Of a stretch of 64,000 bases of DNA, positions 45,902-54,141 are shown piece after piece. Both the position numbers and the translations under genes were made by a program. Position 1 is the first letter of the stretch. Every line of letters begins with the position of its first letter. Source of the stretch: Thermoanaerobaculia bacterium (GTDB lineage: Bacteria > Acidobacteriota > Thermoanaerobaculia > Multivoradales > UBA5704). The notes beneath the pieces are model-generated. The model searched no databases. It had not been told where the DNA came from and saw nothing but the letters and a program-made list of their open reading frames with translations. Location: assembly GCA_035544875.1 (NCBI GenBank), contig DASZZP010000038.1:64147-128146 (forward strand), written 5' to 3'.

Positions 45902-46970
45902 GGACCATCACAGAGAGCCCGAGCCCGACTCGGATCCCCGGCGTCCGATCCTGGCCCACCTCCCGCGCTTGACGACTTTCGACGGCGGCCGCCTGTCGCG
46001 TTTCCCCAGCCGGCGCTGGGGGCTGCTGCTCGCCGGTGTCGCGCTGCTCGTGCTGCTGCTGTCCTCCTACTATCAGGTCGCTCCCTTCGAGCAAGGCGTG
46101 GTGCTCCGCTTCGGCCGCTACATCGGCACCGTGCGTCAAGGTCCGCATGTCAAGCTGCCCTTCGTCGACCGGGTCTACAAGGTGCCCACCGAGCGGCAGC
46201 TCAAGGAGGAGTTCGGCTTTCGCACCATCGAGCCCGCCCAGCGCAGCACCTACCAGAAAGGAGGCTTCGAGGCCGAGTCGCTGATGCTCACCGGCGACCT
46301 CAACATCGCCGACGTCGAATTCGTCGTGCAGTACCGCATCGTCGACCCCTACCGCTACCTCTTCGTGCTCGAGAATCCCGAGCAGATGGTGCGCGCCGTG
46401 GCCGAAGCCGAGATGCGCGGCGCGGTTGGCGACCTGGGCTTCGACGAAGTGATCAAGACCCGCCGCAACGAGGCCGAGGAGCAGGTTCGGCGGCACATGA
46501 ACTCCATCCTCGCCCTCTACCGCTGCGGCATCGACGTCAAGCTGGTGCAGCTTCAGGATGTGCACCCGCCGGAACCGGTCAAGGACTCCTTCGAGGAGGT
46601 CAACCGCGCGCTGCAAGAGATGGAGCGCTCGATCAACGAGGCGCTGCAGGAGCGCAACAAGATCCTGTTTCGCGTCGAAGGCGAGGCCAAGCAGCGGATC
46701 GCCCAGGCCGAGGGCACGCGCATCGAGCGCATCAACCGCGCCCTGGGCGACGCCAAGCGCTTCGATCTGCTGCTCGCCGAGTACCGCAAGGCGCCGATGG
46801 TGACGCGGCAGCGGCTCTACCTCGAGGCCATGCAGGAGGTGCTGCCGGCGACCGGCCACCTGGTGATCGTCGACGACGCGGTCAAAGGGTTGCTGCCGCT
46901 GTTCAACTTGCAACCGCCCGCAGCGGCCGGCGCCAGCGGCCACAAAGACCGCGAGGAGCCCAAGCCGTGA
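45900..46970 (+). CDS. hflK: HflK (SPFH/band-7 modulator of FtsH)
   Basis: It has a TM helix followed by an SPFH domain (VLRFGRYIGTVRQGPHVKLPFVDRVY) and a coiled coil. Confidence 0.85.
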   Translation: MDHHREPEPDSDPRRPILAHLPRLTTFDGGRLSRFPSRRWGLLLAGVALLVLLLSSYYQVAPFEQGVVLRFGRYIGTVRQGPHVKLPFVDRVYKVPTERQLKEEFGFRTIEPAQRSTYQKGGFEAESLMLTGDLNIADVEFVVQYRIVDPYRYLFVLENPEQMVRAVAEAEMRGAVGDLGFDEVIKTRRNEAEEQVRRHMNSILALYRCGIDVKLVQLQDVHPPEPVKDSFEEVNRALQEMERSINEALQERNKILFRVEGEAKQRIAQAEGTRIERINRALGDAKRFDLLLAEYRKAPMVTRQRLYLEAMQEVLPATGHLVIVDDAVKGLLPLFNLQPPAAAGASGHKDREEPKP

Positions 46971-47983
46971 GCCGGCGCGCGGCGATTGTCGCCTCTCTGC
47001 TCGCGCTGCTGCTGCTCAACGGCGCGACCTTCGAGGTCAGCGAAGGCGAGTCGGCGATCGTCGTCCGCCTGGGCAAGATCAGCCGCCGGCCGATCGCGAA
47101 GCCGGGCCTGTACTGGAAGCTGCCGCTGTTCGACGATGTGATTCGCTTCAACGCCCGTATCCTCGCCTGGGACGGAGAGCCCGAGCGAATCCCGGTGAAG
47201 GATTCCAAGTTCATCTTCGTCGACACGTTCGCCCGCTGGCGGATCACCGACCCGGTGCGCTTCTACAATGCGGTCAAGGACGAACGCGGCGCGCAGAGCC
47301 GGCTCGACGACGTTCTCGACGGCACGGTGCGCGACGTGGTATCGACCCACTACCTGCTCGAGCTGGTGCGCACCACCAACCGGCCGCTGCAACACGGCCC
47401 GGCGCGCGGCGAAGACGAGGCGCAAGGCACGGCGATCCAGCAGGTGCTGCAGACCGCCCTCGGGCCGACGCCGAGCGGCGCGCCCTCCGAGGCGGCCATG
47501 GGCGAAGCCCAGGTCGCCGGGCGGCGCGTCGAGGTGCGCGACCAGATCTTCGCGGAGAGCGACCGCAAGCTGCGCGAGCTGAACCTGGGCATCGAGATCG
47601 TCGACCTGCGCATCAAGCGCATCGAATACACCGACCAGGTCAAGCGCGACGTCTACCTGCGCATGGTCTCCGAGCAGCAACGGATCGCGGAGCGTTACCG
47701 CGCCCAAGGGCAGGGCAAGAAAGCCGAGATCGCCGGACTCACCTCGCAGGAGCAACGGCGCATCGAATCGGAGTCGTACCGCACTGCCCAGGAGATTCTC
47801 GGCCGCGCCGAGGCCGAATCGACGCGCATCTACGCCGCGGCCTACGGCAAGGATCCCGAGTTCTATCGCTTCGCGAAAAGCCTCGAAACCTACCGCAAGG
47901 CGCTGGGCAAGGACGACACCCTGATCCTCTCCTCCCACAGCGACCTGCTGCACTACCTGCAGAACGCGCAGCCGCAGCACTGA
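46967..47983 (+). CDS. hflC: HflC (SPFH/band-7)
   Basis: IVVRLGKISRRPIAKPGLYWKLPLFDDV. It overlaps hflK by 4 nt. Confidence 0.85.
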   Translation: MSRRAAIVASLLALLLLNGATFEVSEGESAIVVRLGKISRRPIAKPGLYWKLPLFDDVIRFNARILAWDGEPERIPVKDSKFIFVDTFARWRITDPVRFYNAVKDERGAQSRLDDVLDGTVRDVVSTHYLLELVRTTNRPLQHGPARGEDEAQGTAIQQVLQTALGPTPSGAPSEAAMGEAQVAGRRVEVRDQIFAESDRKLRELNLGIEIVDLRIKRIEYTDQVKRDVYLRMVSEQQRIAERYRAQGQGKKAEIAGLTSQEQRRIESESYRTAQEILGRAEAESTRIYAAAYGKDPEFYRFAKSLETYRKALGKDDTLILSSHSDLLHYLQNAQPQH

Positions 47984-48336
47984 TCCGGGCTCACCCATCG
48001 CCTCAACGCGATCACCTAGAAGCGTGAGGGCTCTCTACATCTCGGCCGGGGTGGCGGGCGAGGTCGGCGCGCACGGCGGCGGCGGCGGCGCCGAGGGCGG
48101 TGGCGTGGCGCAGCGTAGCGGTCTAGAGATCGCGGCCGCGGAAGAGGGTCTGGGCCTCCAGAGGCCAGAGCGTGGCGCTGAGAGAATTTCTAGGGCCGGA
48201 GCTCCTCTCCCATGATCGTCGCCACTACTGCCGAAAAGTCCAGGTCGGCCGCCCCTTTTTCTACGGCCGAGTCGGGAACCCGGCCGCCAGACCCAGTCCG
48301 GGCGGGGAGCCGGCCGTCCTATCCACCCGCTGCGCC

Positions 48337-49317
48337 TCAGCGCTGCGGTGCCGGTGGAGGCTTCGGCCCTGTCTTTGACTCGCGATAGCCGGCGTTTCTG
48401 GCGTCGGCCTCGGTCATGCATTGGCCGTGCTTGGTCTTGCCGTACCAGCGCTCGCCCTCGCGGTAGAACACCTTGCTGCCGGGGTTTGCCCAGACCATGT
48501 CCTTGGCGCACTGCCGCGCTCCGGCCTCGACGGTGCCCGCGCCGCCCGCGCTGCCGGTAGCGCCCGCCGGAGCCGCGTTCGCGCCACTCGCCCCAGGAGC
48601 TCCCGCCGGACCCGCTGTGCCCGCCGGACCGCCGGCCGCCGGCGGCGAGGCGGGAACGGGAGGCGAGGCTGCGCCGGCCGCGGCAGCCGGCATCGCCGAA
48701 GCCTTACCGGCCGAGGCGTAGGGGGCCAGCTTCGCGATCGCCGCGGCCGGCAGACCGGCGCGCATCAGGTCTTCCACGGTCGAGTAGGGACGCGCGGCGA
48801 TGATCTTCTTCGCGATCGCCGGCCCCACCCCGGGAAGCGTCGTGAGCTGTTTCTCGGTCGCGGAATTGAGGTCGACCTTCGGGGCCGGGGGTGGCAGCGC
48901 GCCGAGCGCCCTCTCCTGGGCGGGCGTCCTGGCGGTGCCCGGCCCCGCCGCGCCGCGGAGCGCAGGCGGGGTGGGAGGCGCTCCCGTGGCTGCCTGCTCT
49001 CCCCGCCGTTCAGTTCCGGCGGCGGCACCTACGGTCACCAGCCGCGCGATCTGATCGACCGTCTTGGCCGGCACCCCGGCCCTGATCAGGTCGGTCACGG
49101 CGGCGTAGGGACGCCCGGCAACGATCTTCATCGCCGTGGTGGAACTGACCCCCGGCAGCTTCTCGAGCTCCTTCATACTCGCCAAGTTGATGTCGATCAA
49201 CCCAGGAGGTTGATTGGCCGCCGACGCCGCCAACCAGCCGGTCGATGCCACCGTCATCGCCAAGGCCAGGCAGAGTGCGGTCCAGGCGAGCCGGCACCTG
49301 CTGCTCGTTGCGTTCAT
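48337..49317 (-). CDS. ComEA-like secreted DNA-binding protein (two HhH modules) with a C-terminal Cys-pair domain
   Basis: IDINLASMKELEKLPGVSSTTAMKIVAGRPYAAVTDL and VDLNSATEKQLTTLPGVGPAIAKKIIAARPYSTVEDL are two ComEA helix-hairpin-helix units. The start is the Met at 49317, which gives a signal peptide. Confidence 0.75.
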   Translation of the reverse strand: MNATSSRCRLAWTALCLALAMTVASTGWLAASAANQPPGLIDINLASMKELEKLPGVSSTTAMKIVAGRPYAAVTDLIRAGVPAKTVDQIARLVTVGAAAGTERRGEQAATGAPPTPPALRGAAGPGTARTPAQERALGALPPPAPKVDLNSATEKQLTTLPGVGPAIAKKIIAARPYSTVEDLMRAGLPAAAIAKLAPYASAGKASAMPAAAAGAASPPVPASPPAAGGPAGTAGPAGAPGASGANAAPAGATGSAGGAGTVEAGARQCAKDMVWANPGSKVFYREGERWYGKTKHGQCMTEADARNAGYRESKTGPKPPPAPQR

Positions 49318-49427
49318 CGGCTCTTCTCCTTTCGCGGCGTGCCCCGTGCCAGTATCGCGCGGGCTGGCACCCGCCGCCGAGCTCATTCAGGAGACGGCGA
49401 CAGCCGCGGCGCCTCGCCCGCTCACCT

Positions 49428-50819
49428 ATGATAGAGCCTATGGAACGCCAAGACCTCATCGCCAGATACCGCGCGACGCGAGCTCTGAGCGTTGCGCTCT
49501 GCTCCCCCTTGGCGTCCGAGGACTACCGCGTCCAGTCGATGCCCGACGTCAGCCCGCCGTGGTGGAACCTGGGCCACACCACGTGGTTCTTCGCCAAGAA
49601 CATCCTCGAGCCCTTCGGCCGCTATGGCGCCGGCGACGCGCGCTTCGAATATGCGCTGAACTCGTACTACGAGTCGCTGGGGCCGCGCCTGGCCCGCGAC
49701 CACCGCGGGCTGGTGACCCGCCCGACGACCGCCGAGATCTACCGCTTCCGCGCCTCGGTCGACGAGCGCTTCGGAGCTCTGGTCGCCGAGGCCGGCGAAG
49801 CCGATTACCCGCGGCTGCAGTTCCTAGCCCTGACCGGCATCCAGCACGAGCAGCAGCACCAGGAGCTGCTGGTGACCGAGATCAAGCACATCCTGGGCTC
49901 GAACTTGCCCGAGCTCCGCGAGCCCTACCTGCCCGCGGCGGGCGGCGGCACGCCGCCGGCGCTGGCGGAGCGCGAGCCCGATCCGGCCGGCCGCGTCGCA
50001 CCCTCCGGGCCGCTGCCCGCGCGGCCGGTCGCGTTTGCCGGCGGCCTGTTCGAGTTCGGCAACCTCGAGGGAGGCTGGTGCTGGGACAACGAGATGCCCG
50101 TGCACCGGGCCTATCTCGAGCCTTTCGTCCTGCTCGACCGCCTGGTGACCAATGGCGAGTACCTCGAGTTCATCGAGCAGGGCGGCTACGCCGACCCCCT
50201 GCTGTGGCTGGCCAACGGCTGGGCGCGGGTGCAGGAGGCCGGCTGGTCGGCGCCGCTCTACTGGGAGCGCGAGGGCGGCAGATGGCAGCTGTGGACGCTC
50301 GGCGGCCGGCGCGCCCTCGACGTCGACGAGCCGGTCTGCCACGTCAGCTTCTACGAAGCCGACGCCTATGCCCGCTGGCAGGCGCGCCGCGGCGGCGCCT
50401 CGGCCGGCGCTCGCCTGCCGACCGAACGCGAATGGGAACATGCCGCCCGCGTCGCCGGATTCCCGGGACCGGCGCCGAACTTCCTGGAGAGCGGCAGCCT
50501 CCACCCGCGCCCGTTCGCGCGGCCGGGCGCGCCGGCAGCGCAGGGGCCGCCCGCGGCGGCCGAGGACATGGGGATGGCGCAGCTCGGGGGTGACGTGTGG
50601 GAATGGACCTCCAGCCACTACGAGCCCTATCCCGGCTACCAGCCCTTCGACGGCAATCTGATGGAATACAACGGCAAGTTCATGGACAACCAGCGCGTCC
50701 TGCGCGGCGGCTCCTGCGCCACCCCCGCCGCGCACATCCGGCCCAGCTACCGCAACTTCTGGCCCGCCGACACCCGCTTCCAGTTCACCGGCATCCGCCT
50801 CGCGCTGCCCATGGCCTGA
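49428..50819 (+). CDS. egtB: EgtB-like sulfoxide synthase (DinB_2 plus FGE-sulfatase domains)
   Basis: WWNLGHTTWFF...EQQHQELL is the DinB_2 iron-binding triad. GGDVWEWTSS...RVLRGGSC is the FGE/SUMF1 domain. Confidence 0.75.
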   Translation: MIEPMERQDLIARYRATRALSVALCSPLASEDYRVQSMPDVSPPWWNLGHTTWFFAKNILEPFGRYGAGDARFEYALNSYYESLGPRLARDHRGLVTRPTTAEIYRFRASVDERFGALVAEAGEADYPRLQFLALTGIQHEQQHQELLVTEIKHILGSNLPELREPYLPAAGGGTPPALAEREPDPAGRVAPSGPLPARPVAFAGGLFEFGNLEGGWCWDNEMPVHRAYLEPFVLLDRLVTNGEYLEFIEQGGYADPLLWLANGWARVQEAGWSAPLYWEREGGRWQLWTLGGRRALDVDEPVCHVSFYEADAYARWQARRGGASAGARLPTEREWEHAARVAGFPGPAPNFLESGSLHPRPFARPGAPAAQGPPAAAEDMGMAQLGGDVWEWTSSHYEPYPGYQPFDGNLMEYNGKFMDNQRVLRGGSCATPAAHIRPSYRNFWPADTRFQFTGIRLALPMA

Positions 50820-50839
50820 GACGAAGCTCCCCGGCGCCG

Positions 50840-51343
50840 CTACCAGCCCGCGGTGCCCGCTCCGCCTTTGAACGGACCGACGATCTCGGCGGTGATCCAG
50901 CCGCCGTAGAAGTCTCCCGGCTGGGCGCGCGCCGGCTCGCCGTCGACCAGGCAGCGCTCCATCGCCTGGGGATAGAAGGCGACGTGATCGCGGATCTCCT
51001 TGTAGCTCAAGGTCGGCTCGGGGTAGCTCCAGGCGGCATCAGGCGCCCGCCGGCCGCCGGCCGCCACGTCATAGTAGCTGGCAAGACCCTTCCACTCACA
51101 AAAGCTGCGGCGCTCCGAGGGCAGCAGGTGCTCCATGCGGATGTCGGACGGCGGCAGGTAGTAAACCGGCGGATGACTGGTCTCCAGCACGCGCCAGCAA
51201 CTCCGGCTCTCGGCCAGCAAGACGCCGCCGAAATGGATCTGGACGAGCTTGGCGCAGCGCTCGAGCCGCGGCGGGCGCGGGTAGTCCCAGACCGACTCCT
51301 GCCCCGGCCCGGGCACCACGCGCTCTATCGCAACACGCTTCAT
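50840..51343 (-). CDS. DUF427-domain protein
   Basis: PVYYLPPSDIRMEHLLPSERRSFCEWKGLASYYDV...VAFYPQAMERCLVDGEP is the DUF427 signature. Confidence 0.65.
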   Translation of the reverse strand: MKRVAIERVVPGPGQESVWDYPRPPRLERCAKLVQIHFGGVLLAESRSCWRVLETSHPPVYYLPPSDIRMEHLLPSERRSFCEWKGLASYYDVAAGGRRAPDAAWSYPEPTLSYKEIRDHVAFYPQAMERCLVDGEPARAQPGDFYGGWITAEIVGPFKGGAGTAGW

Positions 51344-51375
51344 GAGCTCCGCCTTCTCACCCTACCGGCCGCTTG

Positions 51376-53523
51376 CTAGAGGCTGAAGGCGGTGTTGTCG
51401 AGACCTCCGCAGAACTTGCCGGCTTGGTTATGGTAGGTGTTGACCTTGCCGGTCTGGGTGTCGGTCACCGTCAACGTGTATTCGAGGTCCGACAGCGTGC
51501 CATAGAAGACCGCGATCCGGTTGCCGAGGTTGAGGATCTTGGCCAGCAGCTCGAGGTTGCCTGGATCGGTAAAGAAAAAGGCGCCGGTCACATCCGACGA
51601 GAGCCTGACCGCCCCCCCTTGCCCGCTCGTGCCATTGCCCGCGTTGGACCAGCTCATGGTGAGCCCAAAGCGGCCGCTCAGCAGACAGAGCGTATTGGAG
51701 TCGGGACGGCACGAGCCCGAAGCGGCGGCGCCCTCGGACTCCGCCAGCACCGCGAGGTGGCCGGCGAGCGGCGACTGCGGTAGGGGCAGCGGCGCGGCCG
51801 GGTTCGTAGCTGCCGCGAGAAGGTCCGCATCCGGCGGCGCCAGCGCGGCGATTCGCGGCGCCTTGCGCGGCGCCCACGGCGCGCCTCCGCCGCTGTCGCC
51901 GCCGCCGGGGGCGTCGCTCGCCAACGTGGCGCTCTTGGTGAACGCGTTCTGATCGATCGCGCCGCAGTCGCCGGCCGTGTTGCTGTAGCTCTTGCCGTCG
52001 CCGGTCTGGAGATCGGTCACGATCATCGTGAAGTGCAGGTTGGTGAGCTCGCCATAGAACAGCTTGATCACCGTCCCGAAGTCGAGGATCTTGACGATGA
52101 GCTCGACGTTCGTCGGGTCGCCGAAGGAGAAGAACCCTGCTTCGTCGGTACGCGGGATGGCGACGCCGAGGCCGTTGGAGTTATCGAACTGGTTTTGCCA
52201 CAGCACGTCGACCTTGAAGCGGCCGCCCAGCAGACAGAGATTGTTGGGCCCCTCGAGACAAGTTCGCTCGGGCATGAAGGCCGCCGCCAGGTCCTTGGTG
52301 CTGCTGATGGTCTGCGCGTTGTCGCGCTGGTTCGGGATGCCGGTCGGGACTCCCCTGAGGCTGACTCCGGGATTCGAGTAGTAGGGCTGCACCGCGCAAC
52401 CCTGCACGCACTGGTTCTCGTACGACATGATGGTGCGGAACTGGCCGTCCACATAGTGGCCGAAGGAGAAGGGGAACGAGGCCTGCGAAGCGGGAGCGCC
52501 GTTGGCGGGGTCGTGCTCGCAGCCGAGGTTATGCCCCAGCTCGTGCGCCAGCGCCATGACGCTGGTGGTGCAGGTGCGCAAGACCGCCGAATAGGCGAAA
52601 GGCGCGAAGTCGCTGCTCAGGGCGTCGCGGCGCATGACCCAGGCGAGGCCGCAGAAGTTCTGCATCTGGTCGACGATCAGCGACACCAGGTCGGCGCCGT
52701 AGAGGCGGCGCAGCCGCGCGACGGTCGGATCGTTGGTCACCCATTCGAGATCCTGCTGCGCGTTGCCGGTCTCGGTGTAGTTGACCTCCTGCATCTGCAC
52801 CGGCACGTAGCGGGCGTTGATCTGGCTGTTGATCAGACCGCTGTTGGAGAGGTCGATGGCCGTCTGGAGGGTGAGCAACAGCCCCGCCAGCCCCTTCGAG
52901 TCGGCCACGTCGGCCGCTGTGTAGAGGAGCAGGACGCGGATGCGGGTGGGTGCCGCCGAGGCTTTAGCGTGGGGCAGCGGCAACTCCTTCGCCAGGCTGC
53001 CGTTGAGCGGCGGCTCCAGCGGACCGCCGCAGGGCTTGAATCGGCTCTGATCGATCTCCATCAGCTTGTGCTCACCGGGCGCGCCGGGGGCCACCTGATA
53101 CACCGCGGTGCGCAAGAAGATCAGGCCTGACATCTGATGATCGATGACCGTCAGGGTGGCGGAACCGATCCTGCTCCTGCCGTCCTCCGGATCGAGGAGA
53201 TCGCCGCGCCATGTGTAGTTCTCCATGCCGCGCTTCTCGAGGTCGGTGCGCACCGTGGGATAGATCTTGCCGTCGAGCAGCGGCAGCGCCAGGCCGGAGT
53301 GCAGGGCCGCGAAATCGACGCTCACCAGGCGCTCGGCGACGACCTCCGGGGCCGATAGAGGCGCCGACTTGAGGACGCCGGAGTCGAGGAACCGGAACAG
53401 ATCGCGGCCCTCGGTACCGGGGAGCAGCGGTCCCGCGGCCGCCGCCGGCGGCGTCCCGGCGATCAGCGCCAGCAACGCGAACGCTGCGATCGAGGTGTAG
53501 ACCGGCAGACTCTTGCGCGACAC
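51376..53523 (-). CDS. Secreted reprolysin/M12B-like zinc metalloprotease with two C-terminal copies of an uncharacterised ~100-aa domain
   Basis: It has a signal peptide and the metzincin motif HELGHNLGCEHD (HExxHxxGxxH). The C-terminal unit C.LL.GRF...W..G.FFF.DP.N.EL..KIL..G....FYG.L..L..T..VTD.QTG appears twice. Confidence 0.8.
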   Translation of the reverse strand: MSRKSLPVYTSIAAFALLALIAGTPPAAAAGPLLPGTEGRDLFRFLDSGVLKSAPLSAPEVVAERLVSVDFAALHSGLALPLLDGKIYPTVRTDLEKRGMENYTWRGDLLDPEDGRSRIGSATLTVIDHQMSGLIFLRTAVYQVAPGAPGEHKLMEIDQSRFKPCGGPLEPPLNGSLAKELPLPHAKASAAPTRIRVLLLYTAADVADSKGLAGLLLTLQTAIDLSNSGLINSQINARYVPVQMQEVNYTETGNAQQDLEWVTNDPTVARLRRLYGADLVSLIVDQMQNFCGLAWVMRRDALSSDFAPFAYSAVLRTCTTSVMALAHELGHNLGCEHDPANGAPASQASFPFSFGHYVDGQFRTIMSYENQCVQGCAVQPYYSNPGVSLRGVPTGIPNQRDNAQTISSTKDLAAAFMPERTCLEGPNNLCLLGGRFKVDVLWQNQFDNSNGLGVAIPRTDEAGFFSFGDPTNVELIVKILDFGTVIKLFYGELTNLHFTMIVTDLQTGDGKSYSNTAGDCGAIDQNAFTKSATLASDAPGGGDSGGGAPWAPRKAPRIAALAPPDADLLAAATNPAAPLPLPQSPLAGHLAVLAESEGAAASGSCRPDSNTLCLLSGRFGLTMSWSNAGNGTSGQGGAVRLSSDVTGAFFFTDPGNLELLAKILNLGNRIAVFYGTLSDLEYTLTVTDTQTGKVNTYHNQAGKFCGGLDNTAFSL

Positions 53524-53635
53524 GAGAACCCCCTTGGGACGACGCCTGGGCCTTGGCGCTGATCCCGCTGAAAGAGGGAATTATACCACCGTCCCATACC
53601 CCTCCCGCGCGCCGAGCCCCGGAGGCGCCGCGTCC

Positions 53636-53700
53636 ACGACCACGAGATTCCCGGCCGGGCCGAGCCCTTCGCGCGACCGCCTCGCCGGGCGCATTCCGGT
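53636..53700 (+). repeat. About 60-bp near-identical copy of an internal segment of the propeller/phosphoesterase gene (41.24-41.30 kb), in the padR upstream region
   Basis: gagcccttcgcgcgaccgcctcgccgggcgcattccggtcggctggtt matches the reverse complement of the 41.2-kb segment at about 44 of 48 positions. Both encode ...PSP.RDRLAGRIPVGW. Confidence 0.55.
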
Positions 53701-53796
53701 CGGCTGGTTGGCCATCCGCCCACCATCATCTCCATTCTCACCTTGCCATCTCAGGGGTCGCCGTGCGAAGATGCCCTTAGATCTTTAGGGGTGACC

Positions 53797-54129
53797 ATGG
53801 GAAGACGAGATCGAGACCTGTTTCAGGGAACGCTGGACATGTTGACGCTCAAGGCGCTGATCTGGGGCCGGCGGCACGGCTACGAGGTCATGCGCTGGAT
53901 CCGCCAGATCTCCGGCGGCCATCTCCAGGTCGAGGAGGGGGCCCTCTACCCCTCGCTGCACCGCATCGAGGCGCGCGGCTGGGTCGAGTCGGAGTGGGGG
54001 CTCTCCGAGAGCGGTCGGCAGGCCAAGTTCTACCGCCTGACCGCTGCCGGCCGCCGCCAGCTGGAGCTCGAGACGACCACCTGGCGCAGCTACGTCGAAG
54101 CGGTCGCCAAGGTCCTGGCCGCGGTCTGA
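53797..54129 (+). CDS. PadR-family transcriptional regulator
   Basis: LTLKALIWGRRHGYEVMRWIRQISGGHLQVEEGALYPSLHRIEARGWV is the PadR winged helix. The start is the internal Met at 53797 (AGGGGTGA RBS). Confidence 0.85.
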   Translation: MGRRDRDLFQGTLDMLTLKALIWGRRHGYEVMRWIRQISGGHLQVEEGALYPSLHRIEARGWVESEWGLSESGRQAKFYRLTAAGRRQLELETTTWRSYVEAVAKVLAAV

Positions 54130-54141
54130 CCGTACGCTGCC

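Noticed and set aside
48421-49431. 336-aa plus-strand ORF overlapping the comEA-like gene
   Set aside because: It is antisense to a gene with clear HhH motifs, and its composition is Arg/Gly-rich.
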